From assembly GCA_035575235.1 (NCBI GenBank), contig DATLYA010000316.1, forward strand, positions 32,245-96,244: a stretch of DNA of 64,000 bases. Direction: 5' to 3'. Positions 17,254 through 25,479 of the stretch are shown here, in pieces (positions within the stretch are counted from its first letter, which is position 1; each line of letters starts with the position of its first letter). The stretch is from Candidatus Methylomirabilota bacterium (GTDB lineage: Bacteria; Desulfobacterota; Binatia; Bin18). The notes under the pieces were generated by a model, which worked only from the letters and a program-made list of their open reading frames with translations, had not been told where the DNA came from and made no database searches. The translations under genes and the position numbers were made by a program.

Positions 17254-18599
17254 GCCTGGTAATCCACCTTATCAGCCACGAAGTCAAAGACCTCGTCAAG
17301 AATGGCGAGGCCCGTCTCCGCCAGCTCCAAAGAAATCGTCAGCGGCGGATTGAGCCGCACACGCGGCATGTAGCCCATCATGAGTAGTCCGCGCTTCAAT
17401 GCCTCTTGAAAAATCAGCTCCGTCACTTCGCGACGCAGCCCGATTTTGGACTGACGATCCTTCACCAGATCGAGGCCGATCAACAACCCTGCCCCACGCA
17501 CATCGCCGAGAAACTCGTACTTCTCTTGCATGGCGCGCAACCGCTCAAGCATGAAGGCGCCAACCCGCCGGGCGTTGTCTACTACTCCCTCGTCTTCGAT
17601 CGTCTCTATCGTACTCAACGCAGCAGCGGCCGCCAGCGGGTTTCCCCCATAACTCGACGAGGATGCACTGGGCTGAGAAAATGGCTTCGCCGCCATTATC
17701 TCATCACTGGAGATGACCCCAGTAACGGGAAATCCATTACCCATCCCTTTACCAACAGTCATGATGTCTGGCGTCACGCCGCTTAGCGCACAGCCAAACA
17801 GGTTTCCCGTGCGGCCAAAGCCGGTGATCATCTCGTCAACAATGAACAGGGCGTCATGCTCCCGGGCGACCTCTTTCATTACGGGAAGAAACTCAGGCGG
17901 AGGAACGATATTCCCCGCCGTGCCCTGCACCGGCTCGATGAGAAACGCCGCGATGGCGCCGCCGCTCGTGTGCTTCAGGCTCGTGCGAATGAAATCGGCG
18001 CAGGCGAGCCCGCATCCTGGGTAGCGCAGGTTGAGCGGACAACGATAGCAATCGGCATAGGGCACAAGATGAGTTCCACCAGGCAAGGGCCCCCAGCCCT
18101 GCTTAAAATTGTCGCCAACGAGGCCGAGCACCCCACCCGTCTTGCCATGAAATCCGCCCCAAAAGCCGACAACCTCATATTTTTTCGTGTATGCTTTCGC
18201 CAGCCGCAGCGCCGCCTCCACCGCCTCGGCGCCGCCGCTGAACAATTGAATCCGGTTGAGGTTGCCAGGCGTCAGCGCCGCAATTTTTTGCACAAGCCGT
18301 ACGCGCGCCTCCGAGGTGAAACTCCCGACAGTCACCCGGCGTAACTGTTCTTCAAGGGCGGCAACGTAGCGGGGATGGCTGTGCCCCAGGCTCGCCACAG
18401 TTACCCCGGCAAAAAAGTCGATAAAGGTGTTGCCGTCAACGTCCGTCAGAGTTGCGCCCTCGCCGTGGTCAAAGACCACGCCAGAGAGCAGAGAGATGCG
18501 CTGAATGCCTGGCGCCAAAAACGCCTGCTCAGTCTTCACTAACTGTTGCGAGCGCGGACCAGGAACACTCGTTCTTACAACCGGAAGCTTGCCACTCAC
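17250..18599 (-). CDS. Class-III PLP aminotransferase (GabT-like)
   Basis: FIDFFAGVTVASLGHSHP, SGGAEAVEAALRLAK, LFIVDEMITGFGRTG, MTVGKGMGNGFP. 4-nt overlaps with both neighbours. Confidence 0.85.
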   Translation of the reverse strand: MSGKLPVVRTSVPGPRSQQLVKTEQAFLAPGIQRISLLSGVVFDHGEGATLTDVDGNTFIDFFAGVTVASLGHSHPRYVAALEEQLRRVTVGSFTSEARVRLVQKIAALTPGNLNRIQLFSGGAEAVEAALRLAKAYTKKYEVVGFWGGFHGKTGGVLGLVGDNFKQGWGPLPGGTHLVPYADCYRCPLNLRYPGCGLACADFIRTSLKHTSGGAIAAFLIEPVQGTAGNIVPPPEFLPVMKEVAREHDALFIVDEMITGFGRTGNLFGCALSGVTPDIMTVGKGMGNGFPVTGVISSDEIMAAKPFSQPSASSSSYGGNPLAAAAALSTIETIEDEGVVDNARRVGAFMLERLRAMQEKYEFLGDVRGAGLLIGLDLVKDRQSKIGLRREVTELIFQEALKRGLLMMGYMPRVRLNPPLTISLELAETGLAILDEVFDFVADKVDYQA

Positions 18600-19459
18600 A
18601 GCGCTTGTTGTATCCGGCCCAGCAGGTGGTCAGCAATCGCCTGCGCCGCCGCATGGCGGCAGCGAGCAAAGCTTGGCCAATCGTTTAAGTCGATCAGCAC
18701 GAGAGTTCCCTCCGCTGAGAGGATACAATCTCCGCCAAAGACTTCAAGTCCAACCGCAGACGCTGCCCGGGTCGCCAAGGCGCCGACCTGCCGGCGCGTG
18801 TGCGCTTCAACCTCGGGGCAATCAAAGAAGCAACCAGGACCAACTCCATAAAACTTGATGACCGGCCCAGGGCAATGCCTTTGCAGCAGCGCTTGGACAA
18901 TGCCGCGACGAGCAAATGCCGCGAGCGCGGCATGATATGCGGCTGCTTCTTGCACAAAGACGACATCATCCGGCTGCGTGGCGTGCACGTCGGCGCGTTT
19001 AAGCCAGAAGCCGCCTGAAAAATCTGTAGGCCCAGGCTCCCGTGCCTGCCCATCTCTAGGACGCCTCTGGCAGGTTGCCCCTACGAAAGGTAGGAAAGAG
19101 AGTGCGTGAGAAGCGTCTGCAGTATTCACCGCCCAACTTTCCGGCATCAATACTCCCGCCGCGCGGCACAGCTCAACAGTCCGCGCCCGGCGGCAATTCC
19201 AGACCGCTGTGGGACTGTTAATCACCAGTGAACCGTGAGCCTGCCAGTGTTGAAGCTTGTGCAAATTCGCTCCTCCCTGCGCCATGGAAAACACTAGCCC
19301 TGGAGGCTTGGCGTCGCTCTGCAGCTCCTCCGTGCTCCAAAGCCGGACACGAACGCCACGCCGCCCAACCTCAGCAGCGACGGCTTCAAGGATGAGCGCA
19401 TCGTCACCGGTCCGTCCGGGAGAGAACATCGCTTCCCGGTACACGCCAACCACCTCCAT
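18596..19459 (-). CDS. ATP-grasp fold protein (ligase or ITPK1-like kinase type)
   Basis: ...FWLKRADVHATQPDDVVFV...VIKFYGVG...GLEVFGGDCILSAEGTLVLIDLNDWPSF resembles the ATP-grasp C-terminal Mg/ATP site. Start taken at ATG 19459, after GAGGAGG. The ORF-track start 19588 is the alternative. Confidence 0.55.
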   Translation of the reverse strand: MEVVGVYREAMFSPGRTGDDALILEAVAAEVGRRGVRVRLWSTEELQSDAKPPGLVFSMAQGGANLHKLQHWQAHGSLVINSPTAVWNCRRARTVELCRAAGVLMPESWAVNTADASHALSFLPFVGATCQRRPRDGQAREPGPTDFSGGFWLKRADVHATQPDDVVFVQEAAAYHAALAAFARRGIVQALLQRHCPGPVIKFYGVGPGCFFDCPEVEAHTRRQVGALATRAASAVGLEVFGGDCILSAEGTLVLIDLNDWPSFARCRHAAAQAIADHLLGRIQQAL

Positions 19460-19595
19460 TGCTTCCGCCTCCTCGCTCTGCCCCGGATTGTATTTCAGGC
19501 CACAGGGTTGGTCATGAGAAAAGCCGGGAGAGAATAGCCATGGCCTGTGTACGATGTATGGAGCGCCAACTATGTTTGCGCACTCCACAGTGCGC

Positions 19596-20315
19596 TTAGA
19601 GCGGGGTTAGACATTTCTCCTCTTCAGCAAGAAACGCCTCCGCCACAGCGATATCAGAGGGACGGTCTACATCAATTACTTTAGAAATATGATGTCCATA
19701 GAGCACATAACCGCTCGCAACGAGATAGCCGAAGAACTGACGCAAGGCGGTAAAATTCCTGTGCTGCGCTGTCTCTGCCTCCCGGAACACGCTCGGTGAG
19801 AACCAATACACCCCAGCAGTCACCAGTCCACCGGTGCGCGCCGATGGACCAAGCTGAACAACGCGATAGTCTTCGGCAAGCATCGCCCATAATGGTTTTT
19901 CATCATCAACGAATGACGTAACGCCGAGCACGCCATCGGCGTCAGGATGCCGCCGCGCCGTTGCTACCAATGCCGGAATTGTCGAGGAAGGAAACACCGC
20001 ATCGACCGTACAAAGCAGAAACGAATCTGCGTCAAGATACGGCTGCAGCGTCAGAAAACTCTCCAAGGAATGCGCTGTGCTTTTGCTCAACAGCGTGACG
20101 GGCATTCCCCATTCATGCTCCCGGCAATATTGAATGACCTCGGAAAATTTCTGGTTGACGATAACAACAGCTGCTTCGATTCCAGCTTGCTGAAGCCCGC
20201 GCAGGAGACGGGCGATGAGCGGTTGTCCGGCCAGCAGCGTCAGCGGTTTTGGCGTTGTCACACCGTGCGCTCGTAAACGCTGTCCTTCGCCAGCCGCAAG
20301 GATTGCCGCTCTCAT
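19596..20315 (-). CDS. Nucleotidyltransferase (LicC / IPCT-like cytidylyltransferase type)
   Basis: MRAAILAAGEGQRLR....PKPL is the intact G-x-G-x-R signature. About 240 aa with a ...GVYWFS... and ...VIDVDRPSDIAVAE tail, as in LicC-like enzymes. Confidence 0.8.
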   Translation of the reverse strand: MRAAILAAGEGQRLRAHGVTTPKPLTLLAGQPLIARLLRGLQQAGIEAAVVIVNQKFSEVIQYCREHEWGMPVTLLSKSTAHSLESFLTLQPYLDADSFLLCTVDAVFPSSTIPALVATARRHPDADGVLGVTSFVDDEKPLWAMLAEDYRVVQLGPSARTGGLVTAGVYWFSPSVFREAETAQHRNFTALRQFFGYLVASGYVLYGHHISKVIDVDRPSDIAVAEAFLAEEEKCLTPL

Positions 20316-20752
20316 CCCTCAATCTTCCCCCACGCAATGATTTTTTGCGGCGTGATGCGCACCACAGCATTGCCAGGAAAAATGAGGTTCATCACGCGGT
20401 ACTGCGGATAACGCTCTCTCAGCAACGCAAGCGCGGCGGCGTGTTCCGTTTCAGCCTCGACGATGTGGGCGGAACCTCTGACCATCACATACGCCAACTG
20501 CGTCCAATCGTCACTGTAATCATCAATGACAAGCGCGACTTGAGGATTTTCCAGAATATTGCGAATGCGTTTCAGCGGTTTGCCAGTCTGCTTCTTAGGT
20601 TTCTCATCAACAATAAAATAGAAACGAGCCCCATCGAACGCGTAGCAGAACGGAATAACATGAGGTTGCCCATGTGCGTCGGCAGTCGCTAAGCGCGCCA
20701 CGGCGTGGGACAGAATGAAGCGGCGGATAGGTTCAGTAATTGCTATGGGCAT
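20312..20752 (-). CDS. Pyridoxamine-5'-phosphate-oxidase-fold protein (PPOX class, possibly F420/FMN dependent)
   Basis: About 146 aa split-barrel pattern: ...ARLATADAHGQPHVIPFCYAFDG..FYFIVDEKPK... Confidence 0.7.
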   Translation of the reverse strand: MPIAITEPIRRFILSHAVARLATADAHGQPHVIPFCYAFDGARFYFIVDEKPKKQTGKPLKRIRNILENPQVALVIDDYSDDWTQLAYVMVRGSAHIVEAETEHAAALALLRERYPQYRVMNLIFPGNAVVRITPQKIIAWGKIEG

Positions 20753-20778
20753 AAACTGCAGATCATGCGGTGAGGAAA

Positions 20779-20818
20779 CACCCTCACATTCCCCTCAGGA
20801 GAGAGGGACAAGGTGAAG
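20779..20818. repeat. G/C-run palindromic repeat (CCCTC..GAGGG family), copy 2
   Basis: caccctcacattcccctcaggagagagggacaaggtgaag. Overlaps the last codons of the MBL gene. Confidence 0.4.
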
Positions 20819-21844
20819 CGAATCGACCTCCTCAGCCGATCCTTCTCCGCGAAACGCCTCTTGCGCCTCGCGATAGATCCGCTCAGCTTGCCCCGCGTAC
20901 CGCGGAGAGAAATGAAACACCACTAATTTTTTCACTCCTGCCGCACGCGCCAACAGGCCGGCCTGACGGGCGGTCAAATGGTAGCGCTTCGTGGCCTGAT
21001 CCTCGTCCTCAGTAAGAAATGGCGACTCACAGAAAAAGAGGTCTGCGTCGCGGGCCAATGTCGCAATGCGCGCGGCGTTGGCCGGGCTATACAACGTATC
21101 GACCACGTACGCGATCTTTTGTCCGCGCGTTTCTTTTATCAAGTGGCCGCGCACTTCGTGGAGGGGAAAATCACGAGCGTGTTCCACACCGTTTTTCTCC
21201 CGCCAACGTGCAGTCACAATATAATCGTCCGGCTCGTTCCGTCGCAGGGCGTGCTTCAGTTGCGAAAGCCACGGGCCAGTGGGCACGCCAAGCCGGGTCA
21301 GCATGTCCTTATCAACGTTCAGATGACTTTTTTCTTCCAGGGCAAAACCAAGGGAGTAAATCCGGTGATCCAAATGCGCCGCTCGCACGAGAAAAGCAGG
21401 TTCATCGAGCACTACGCCATCCACCAACGGCGCCTCAGTGAGCGCCTCGGGACGAAAGGCGCTGGCCGCGGGAAACAGGACACGGCGAATGCGTTCAGGC
21501 GCGATTTCGGCAGCCTCGATCACAAAGCCGTAGTTATCTACCAGATTCCAGGTGTACCCGCGCAGCTTTCCGTCCACACAGTCGAGAATCCCCGGCGGAC
21601 CATACACCACGAGTTTTTTGTCGCGCGCCAGGAACAACCGCAACAGCCGATCGAACCCAATGAAGTGATCTATGTGACAGTGCGACACAAACACATGGGT
21701 CGCGCGGAGCAGTTCCGCAGCGGGAAGGGTGTCATTTTGTCCTAAATCGAACAACAACGCTCGCCCTTCCCAACGCAGATGAATATATAAGCCCGGATCA
21801 CCAAAGGGGTTGTTCACCAGGCGAGCAGTAAATGCAGGATTCAT
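20795..21844 (-). CDS. MBL-fold metallo-hydrolase (RNase Z / RNase BN-like)
   Basis: HVFVSHCHIDHFIGF (HxHxDH), later ...FCESPF... and ...VFHFSPRY... motifs. Confidence 0.8.
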   Translation of the reverse strand: MNPAFTARLVNNPFGDPGLYIHLRWEGRALLFDLGQNDTLPAAELLRATHVFVSHCHIDHFIGFDRLLRLFLARDKKLVVYGPPGILDCVDGKLRGYTWNLVDNYGFVIEAAEIAPERIRRVLFPAASAFRPEALTEAPLVDGVVLDEPAFLVRAAHLDHRIYSLGFALEEKSHLNVDKDMLTRLGVPTGPWLSQLKHALRRNEPDDYIVTARWREKNGVEHARDFPLHEVRGHLIKETRGQKIAYVVDTLYSPANAARIATLARDADLFFCESPFLTEDEDQATKRYHLTARQAGLLARAAGVKKLVVFHFSPRYAGQAERIYREAQEAFRGEGSAEEVDSLHLVPLS

Positions 21845-21939
21845 GCATATAGGAGACGACGAGAATACACGCTCGTCAACTCCAGGGAACCGGAGTCACG
21901 ACCAGCGCCGACAGAGCCATGGTCTGAAGCAAATGAGAG

Positions 21940-22221
21940 TTACTGCCGTTTCAAAATAACAAATTGTTCCTTCATTTTGCTGACCTGATCTTGAATCGAC
22001 GGCAGATGGCGACTCTCCTTCAAGACCTGAAACACGTCGATATCCGACGCTTCGCGACGTCCTTCGGCAATTTCCCGGACGGCGTCGATGATCTCGTGGA
22101 TGACACGAGGGATTTCCCGTTGCGGAATCACTAAGTCGCCACGCCCTAGCGTCCCGCCCCAATGCGCGGCATAGGGACGGAGCACATTAAGGATTTTTTC
22201 CGTCACGCTTTTTTCAGCCAT
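21940..22221 (-). CDS. Hypothetical protein (93 aa)
   Basis: ATG at 22221 is preceded by a GGAAGGAGGAA RBS. No family recognised. Confidence 0.5.
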   Translation of the reverse strand: MAEKSVTEKILNVLRPYAAHWGGTLGRGDLVIPQREIPRVIHEIIDAVREIAEGRREASDIDVFQVLKESRHLPSIQDQVSKMKEQFVILKRQ

Positions 22222-22297
22222 TGGTATTCCTCCTTCCCCCCAGCGCCTTCCTTGCGGTTGAGCATTATCACTGTTGCCGCATGGCATTGCAAGAGAT

Positions 22298-22420
22298 GTG
22301 GAACGTGGGGTGTGGTGCGTACGGCGTGGTGCGTGTGACGTGTTGCGTAATTCGCAACATGGGATGTTGATGCTTCACGCACTACGCTTCACGTATCACG
22401 TTTCACCACCACGCCTCACG
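22298..22420. repeat. ACGCA/TGCGT-rich inverted repeat family, copy 3 (largest)
   Basis: The left half is GTGCGT-type (gtggtgcgtacggcgtggtgcgtgtgacgtgttgcgtaattcg). The right half is ACGCAC-type (cttcacgcactacgcttcacgtatcacgtttcaccaccacgcctcacg). Confidence 0.6.
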
Positions 22421-23267
22421 TTTTTTCTCCCTCGCCGCCGTATTTCTTCCCTAACTCCAGCGCTTCAGGCACGCCGAGCAGCGTGGTGATTTCACCAAAG
22501 GCGCCGGGCTCTGTGCTGTGCGTTATGGCGCCGGTGCGTTTGAGTTCTCGCATAGCGTCGCGCATCCGCAGGTAGAACACCGTCAAAGTCGCGGAGTTGA
22601 TCATGAGTTTGAAGCCCATCTTCGCGGTGTCCTGTACGGACAGCAGTTGCCCATTATACAGCAGCGGTAGCCCGCTCAGTTCTTGCACATATCGCTTCAT
22701 GTCCTCGAGCGTACGGATACCGTCAACAAAAATCAGATCAGCGCCCGCCTCGCGATAGGCATATGCCCGATTTTTGACGTCTTCCCATCCTGTCACGGCC
22801 AGCGCATCCGTGCGGGCAATAATGATCATATCCTTGCGCGCATCACAGGCGGCGCGCACCTTTGGCGCCATTTCCGCCAACGGAATGACTTGTTTCCCAG
22901 CCAGGAAACCACACCGCTTTGGCCAGACTTGATCTTCTATATGCAGCGCGGCGGCGCCTGCGGCCTCATACTCACGCACAGTGCGATAGACATTGACCGG
23001 ATTGCCGTAGCCGGTATCCGCATCGCAGATGAGAGGGATATCAACAGCGTTGGCGATGTAGCGCACGTTTTCGACCATCTCGGCCATCGTCAGCAAACCA
23101 ACATCAGGAAACCCGCGCGCCGCCGCCGTGCCGAAGCCCGTCATGTACACGGCCTCGAACCCGGCTGCTTGCGCGATTTTGGCCTGGAAGGCGTCAAACA
23201 CAAATGGAGCGACGACCATGTCCGCGCCCTGCAGCATCTGACGTAAACGTTGTCCTGCCTGTGACAT
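22416..23267 (-). CDS. Isocitrate lyase / PEP mutase superfamily enzyme (methylisocitrate lyase / oxaloacetate decarboxylase-like)
   Basis: ...VVAPFVFDAFQAKIAQAAGFEAVYMTGFG...ICDADTGYGN...ALHIEDQVWPKRCG. ATG at 23267 after AAGGAGG. Confidence 0.85.
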   Translation of the reverse strand: MSQAGQRLRQMLQGADMVVAPFVFDAFQAKIAQAAGFEAVYMTGFGTAAARGFPDVGLLTMAEMVENVRYIANAVDIPLICDADTGYGNPVNVYRTVREYEAAGAAALHIEDQVWPKRCGFLAGKQVIPLAEMAPKVRAACDARKDMIIIARTDALAVTGWEDVKNRAYAYREAGADLIFVDGIRTLEDMKRYVQELSGLPLLYNGQLLSVQDTAKMGFKLMINSATLTVFYLRMRDAMRELKRTGAITHSTEPGAFGEITTLLGVPEALELGKKYGGEGEKT

Positions 23268-23454
23268 ACGCTTCTCCTCCTTTTTGTCGAACACAGCGAC
23301 GCCGTGCTTTTACGACCAGAGATCGGCAATCGCGACAGACACGTCCGGCAGGAGAGCAAGCGCCGGCCGCTTATCTGGCGCTGAACGGATAGTCTGCCTA
23401 TAGCCGTCAGCGCCAGGTTGCCGATACACTTCTACTTCTTCTTGCGACACTGGG

Positions 23455-24273
23455 TTACTGCAGAGACTGTATGAATGACAGCAGCGCGTCAATACACGCC
23501 TGCGCGCCATCGAGGTAAATCTCGTGTCCATGGGCGTTGATGACCGCAATGCGCGCGCCAGGAATAGAATCGCGGATCATCACTTGTTCGGTCAGTGGGG
23601 TCAGTGGACTGCGTTCTGGAGCGAGCACCAGGGTTGGCACTTTTACGTGCGGCAACAAGGGCGCAACATCGACACTGGGCACGAGACGGCAAAGTCCTTG
23701 CAGCACGTGGGTGCGCGTTTTTCCCCATTCCTGCAGAATCCAGTCAATTTTCGCCGGATTGGCGCCGCCCAGGCCGCCGCCTTGTTCCATGAGCGCCTTG
23801 ACCCAGCCTGCCGGGCCGAGCTTCCCAAGAGCGGTATACCAGTCTTCGTGGCCGACCGCAAACAAGCGTTGAATGTGCGGACGAATTGCCGTGGGCGTAG
23901 CGCACAGGGTCAAACTTTTGAACCGCTCCGGCCACTGTGTCGCGAACGCGATGCCGAGAATGCCCCCGACTGACTCACCGACGTAATGCACCTGGTCAAG
24001 CCCGAGCGCATCGAGGAAGCCTTTCATATCATTGAGGAGATCATCGACCGACCACTGGTAATCCACTCCTGGATCAGCGGACTGGCCATGGCCGCGCATA
24101 TCACGGCGCAGCACTCGATACTTCCCAGCCAACGGGGGAACCCAGTGATACCAAAAGCGCGAACTACGGCCGAAACCGTGTTGAATCCAGATGGTCTCGG
24201 CCGGTTTCCACGGGTCGGTAAAATCATCGACCTCGTAGTACATTTCGTAATTGTTCGCTTTGACGGTGGGCAT
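23455..24273 (-). CDS. Alpha/beta-fold hydrolase
   Basis: IQHGFG, nucleophile elbow GESVGG, C-terminal HGHE. Confidence 0.8.
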   Translation of the reverse strand: MPTVKANNYEMYYEVDDFTDPWKPAETIWIQHGFGRSSRFWYHWVPPLAGKYRVLRRDMRGHGQSADPGVDYQWSVDDLLNDMKGFLDALGLDQVHYVGESVGGILGIAFATQWPERFKSLTLCATPTAIRPHIQRLFAVGHEDWYTALGKLGPAGWVKALMEQGGGLGGANPAKIDWILQEWGKTRTHVLQGLCRLVPSVDVAPLLPHVKVPTLVLAPERSPLTPLTEQVMIRDSIPGARIAVINAHGHEIYLDGAQACIDALLSFIQSLQ

Positions 24274-24451
24274 TGTCCGATCCCTCCTTTCGCTTTTCCC
24301 TCACTTGCGCAGCCTCATTCTCGTGAAGCTGCCGCAATGGGACCCCGTCACGAGATCAGCGAGCGGCTGTGCTCAAGAAGAGCATCCAGAGTAAGGCTAC
24401 CGCAAGCGGGGAAATGGTGTGTAGGCGTATGCCGATCACTAAACACGGAAT

Positions 24452-25036
24452 TCACCATTCCGTGCGGGCTGGAGCCACCACATTGGAACGCGGCGCGTGG
24501 AGGAATTGTTCCTCCTCCACGAGATTCTTTTCAAGGTAAAGCTGGAGTAAGTGAGAAGCCTGGTGCAGAAGCTGATGTTTATCTTTAAACACTTCTTCTC
24601 GCACCCACTCACCACGGATCCAACAGTCGAAGGACGCTTCGTCTATGAAATTAAATTCCAGAATGCGCTCGTTAAGCGGCGTACCAGTAACGATAGCCCG
24701 GAGGGATTTTCCCGAATCTACCAGCACACCACGCGCAGCCGGCGGCAAAGGCAGCGCTCGCTTAATGCGGTCGATCTCTTTCTGAGGGGACTGTTCTTCC
24801 ACTAACGAAAGATAGGCCCATTCTCCCGGAGTAGGATTTGCCTGGGTGAGCAACCTCACATTGAGGTCAGTCAGGTTCTCACGCGCTTGTTCTTGGTCGT
24901 AGCCTTCAACGCTCCGGAAGAACTGCGCCCCGGCTGGCGCCTGCCGTTCCTCCGGTCTGGCGCGTTCACGGTTCTTTCCCTGATCGACCCACCAACGGTT
25001 CTCGTTGCCAGGCGGTTTCTTGTCGTAACTCGACAT
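24452..25036 (-). CDS. Hypothetical protein (194 aa)
   Basis: ATG at 25036 is preceded by GGTGGAGGAATC. No family recognised. Confidence 0.55.
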   Translation of the reverse strand: MSSYDKKPPGNENRWWVDQGKNRERARPEERQAPAGAQFFRSVEGYDQEQARENLTDLNVRLLTQANPTPGEWAYLSLVEEQSPQKEIDRIKRALPLPPAARGVLVDSGKSLRAIVTGTPLNERILEFNFIDEASFDCWIRGEWVREEVFKDKHQLLHQASHLLQLYLEKNLVEEEQFLHAPRSNVVAPARTEW

Positions 25037-25473
25037 GATTCCTCCACCCGAATACTGGTTGACGCCCTTGCTGCGGATACGACTCGTGAGATCTTCTCAC
25101 GTCTCAGAGCGAGCCCGCGCACCATCTTGAACGCAAACGTATCAGCTTTCCGTTCAGCGTCCGCCCAGTAAATATAATGTCCCATCTCATGATAGACGAC
25201 ATTAATCCACTGCCGTTCAGAATTGTATTTCCGTCCGCGTTTCCAGTTCTCGGGATGTACGAGATGAATGCATCCGTTTTCGTACGTTTTCCCAGCAGTT
25301 TTTCCCCAATCGAGATACTCATACCATTCGATGCGCGGTTGCCTCAGGCGATAGAATTTACACATGAGCGACACGGCGCGGCGAAAATCCAGCACACGAT
25401 ACTCATGGAAAAACAGTGAGAGATACCGATCTATGGTGCGACGTTCTTGCAGAGGAGGAAGCAGCATGCGCAT
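24871..25473 (-). CDS. SprT-like zinc metallopeptidase-domain protein; 3' end doubtful
   Basis: ...YENGCIHLVHP...NVVYHEMGHYIYW (HExxH). The last 55 codons overlap the next gene out of frame and are Arg/Ser/Thr-rich. Confidence 0.55.
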   Translation of the reverse strand: MRMLLPPLQERRTIDRYLSLFFHEYRVLDFRRAVSLMCKFYRLRQPRIEWYEYLDWGKTAGKTYENGCIHLVHPENWKRGRKYNSERQWINVVYHEMGHYIYWADAERKADTFAFKMVRGLALRREKISRVVSAARASTSIRVEESCRVTTRNRLATRTVGGSIRERTVNAPDRRNGRRQPGRSSSGALKATTKNKRVRT

Positions 25474-25479
25474 ACAAAC

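Noticed and set aside
22298-22420. A CRISPR array, considered for the ACGCA-rich repeats and the 108-nt periodic region at 32681-33823.
   Set aside because: There is no constant direct repeat alternating with unique spacers. The first is an inverted low-complexity repeat, and the second is the coding periodicity of a Sel1-repeat protein. No cas genes are present.
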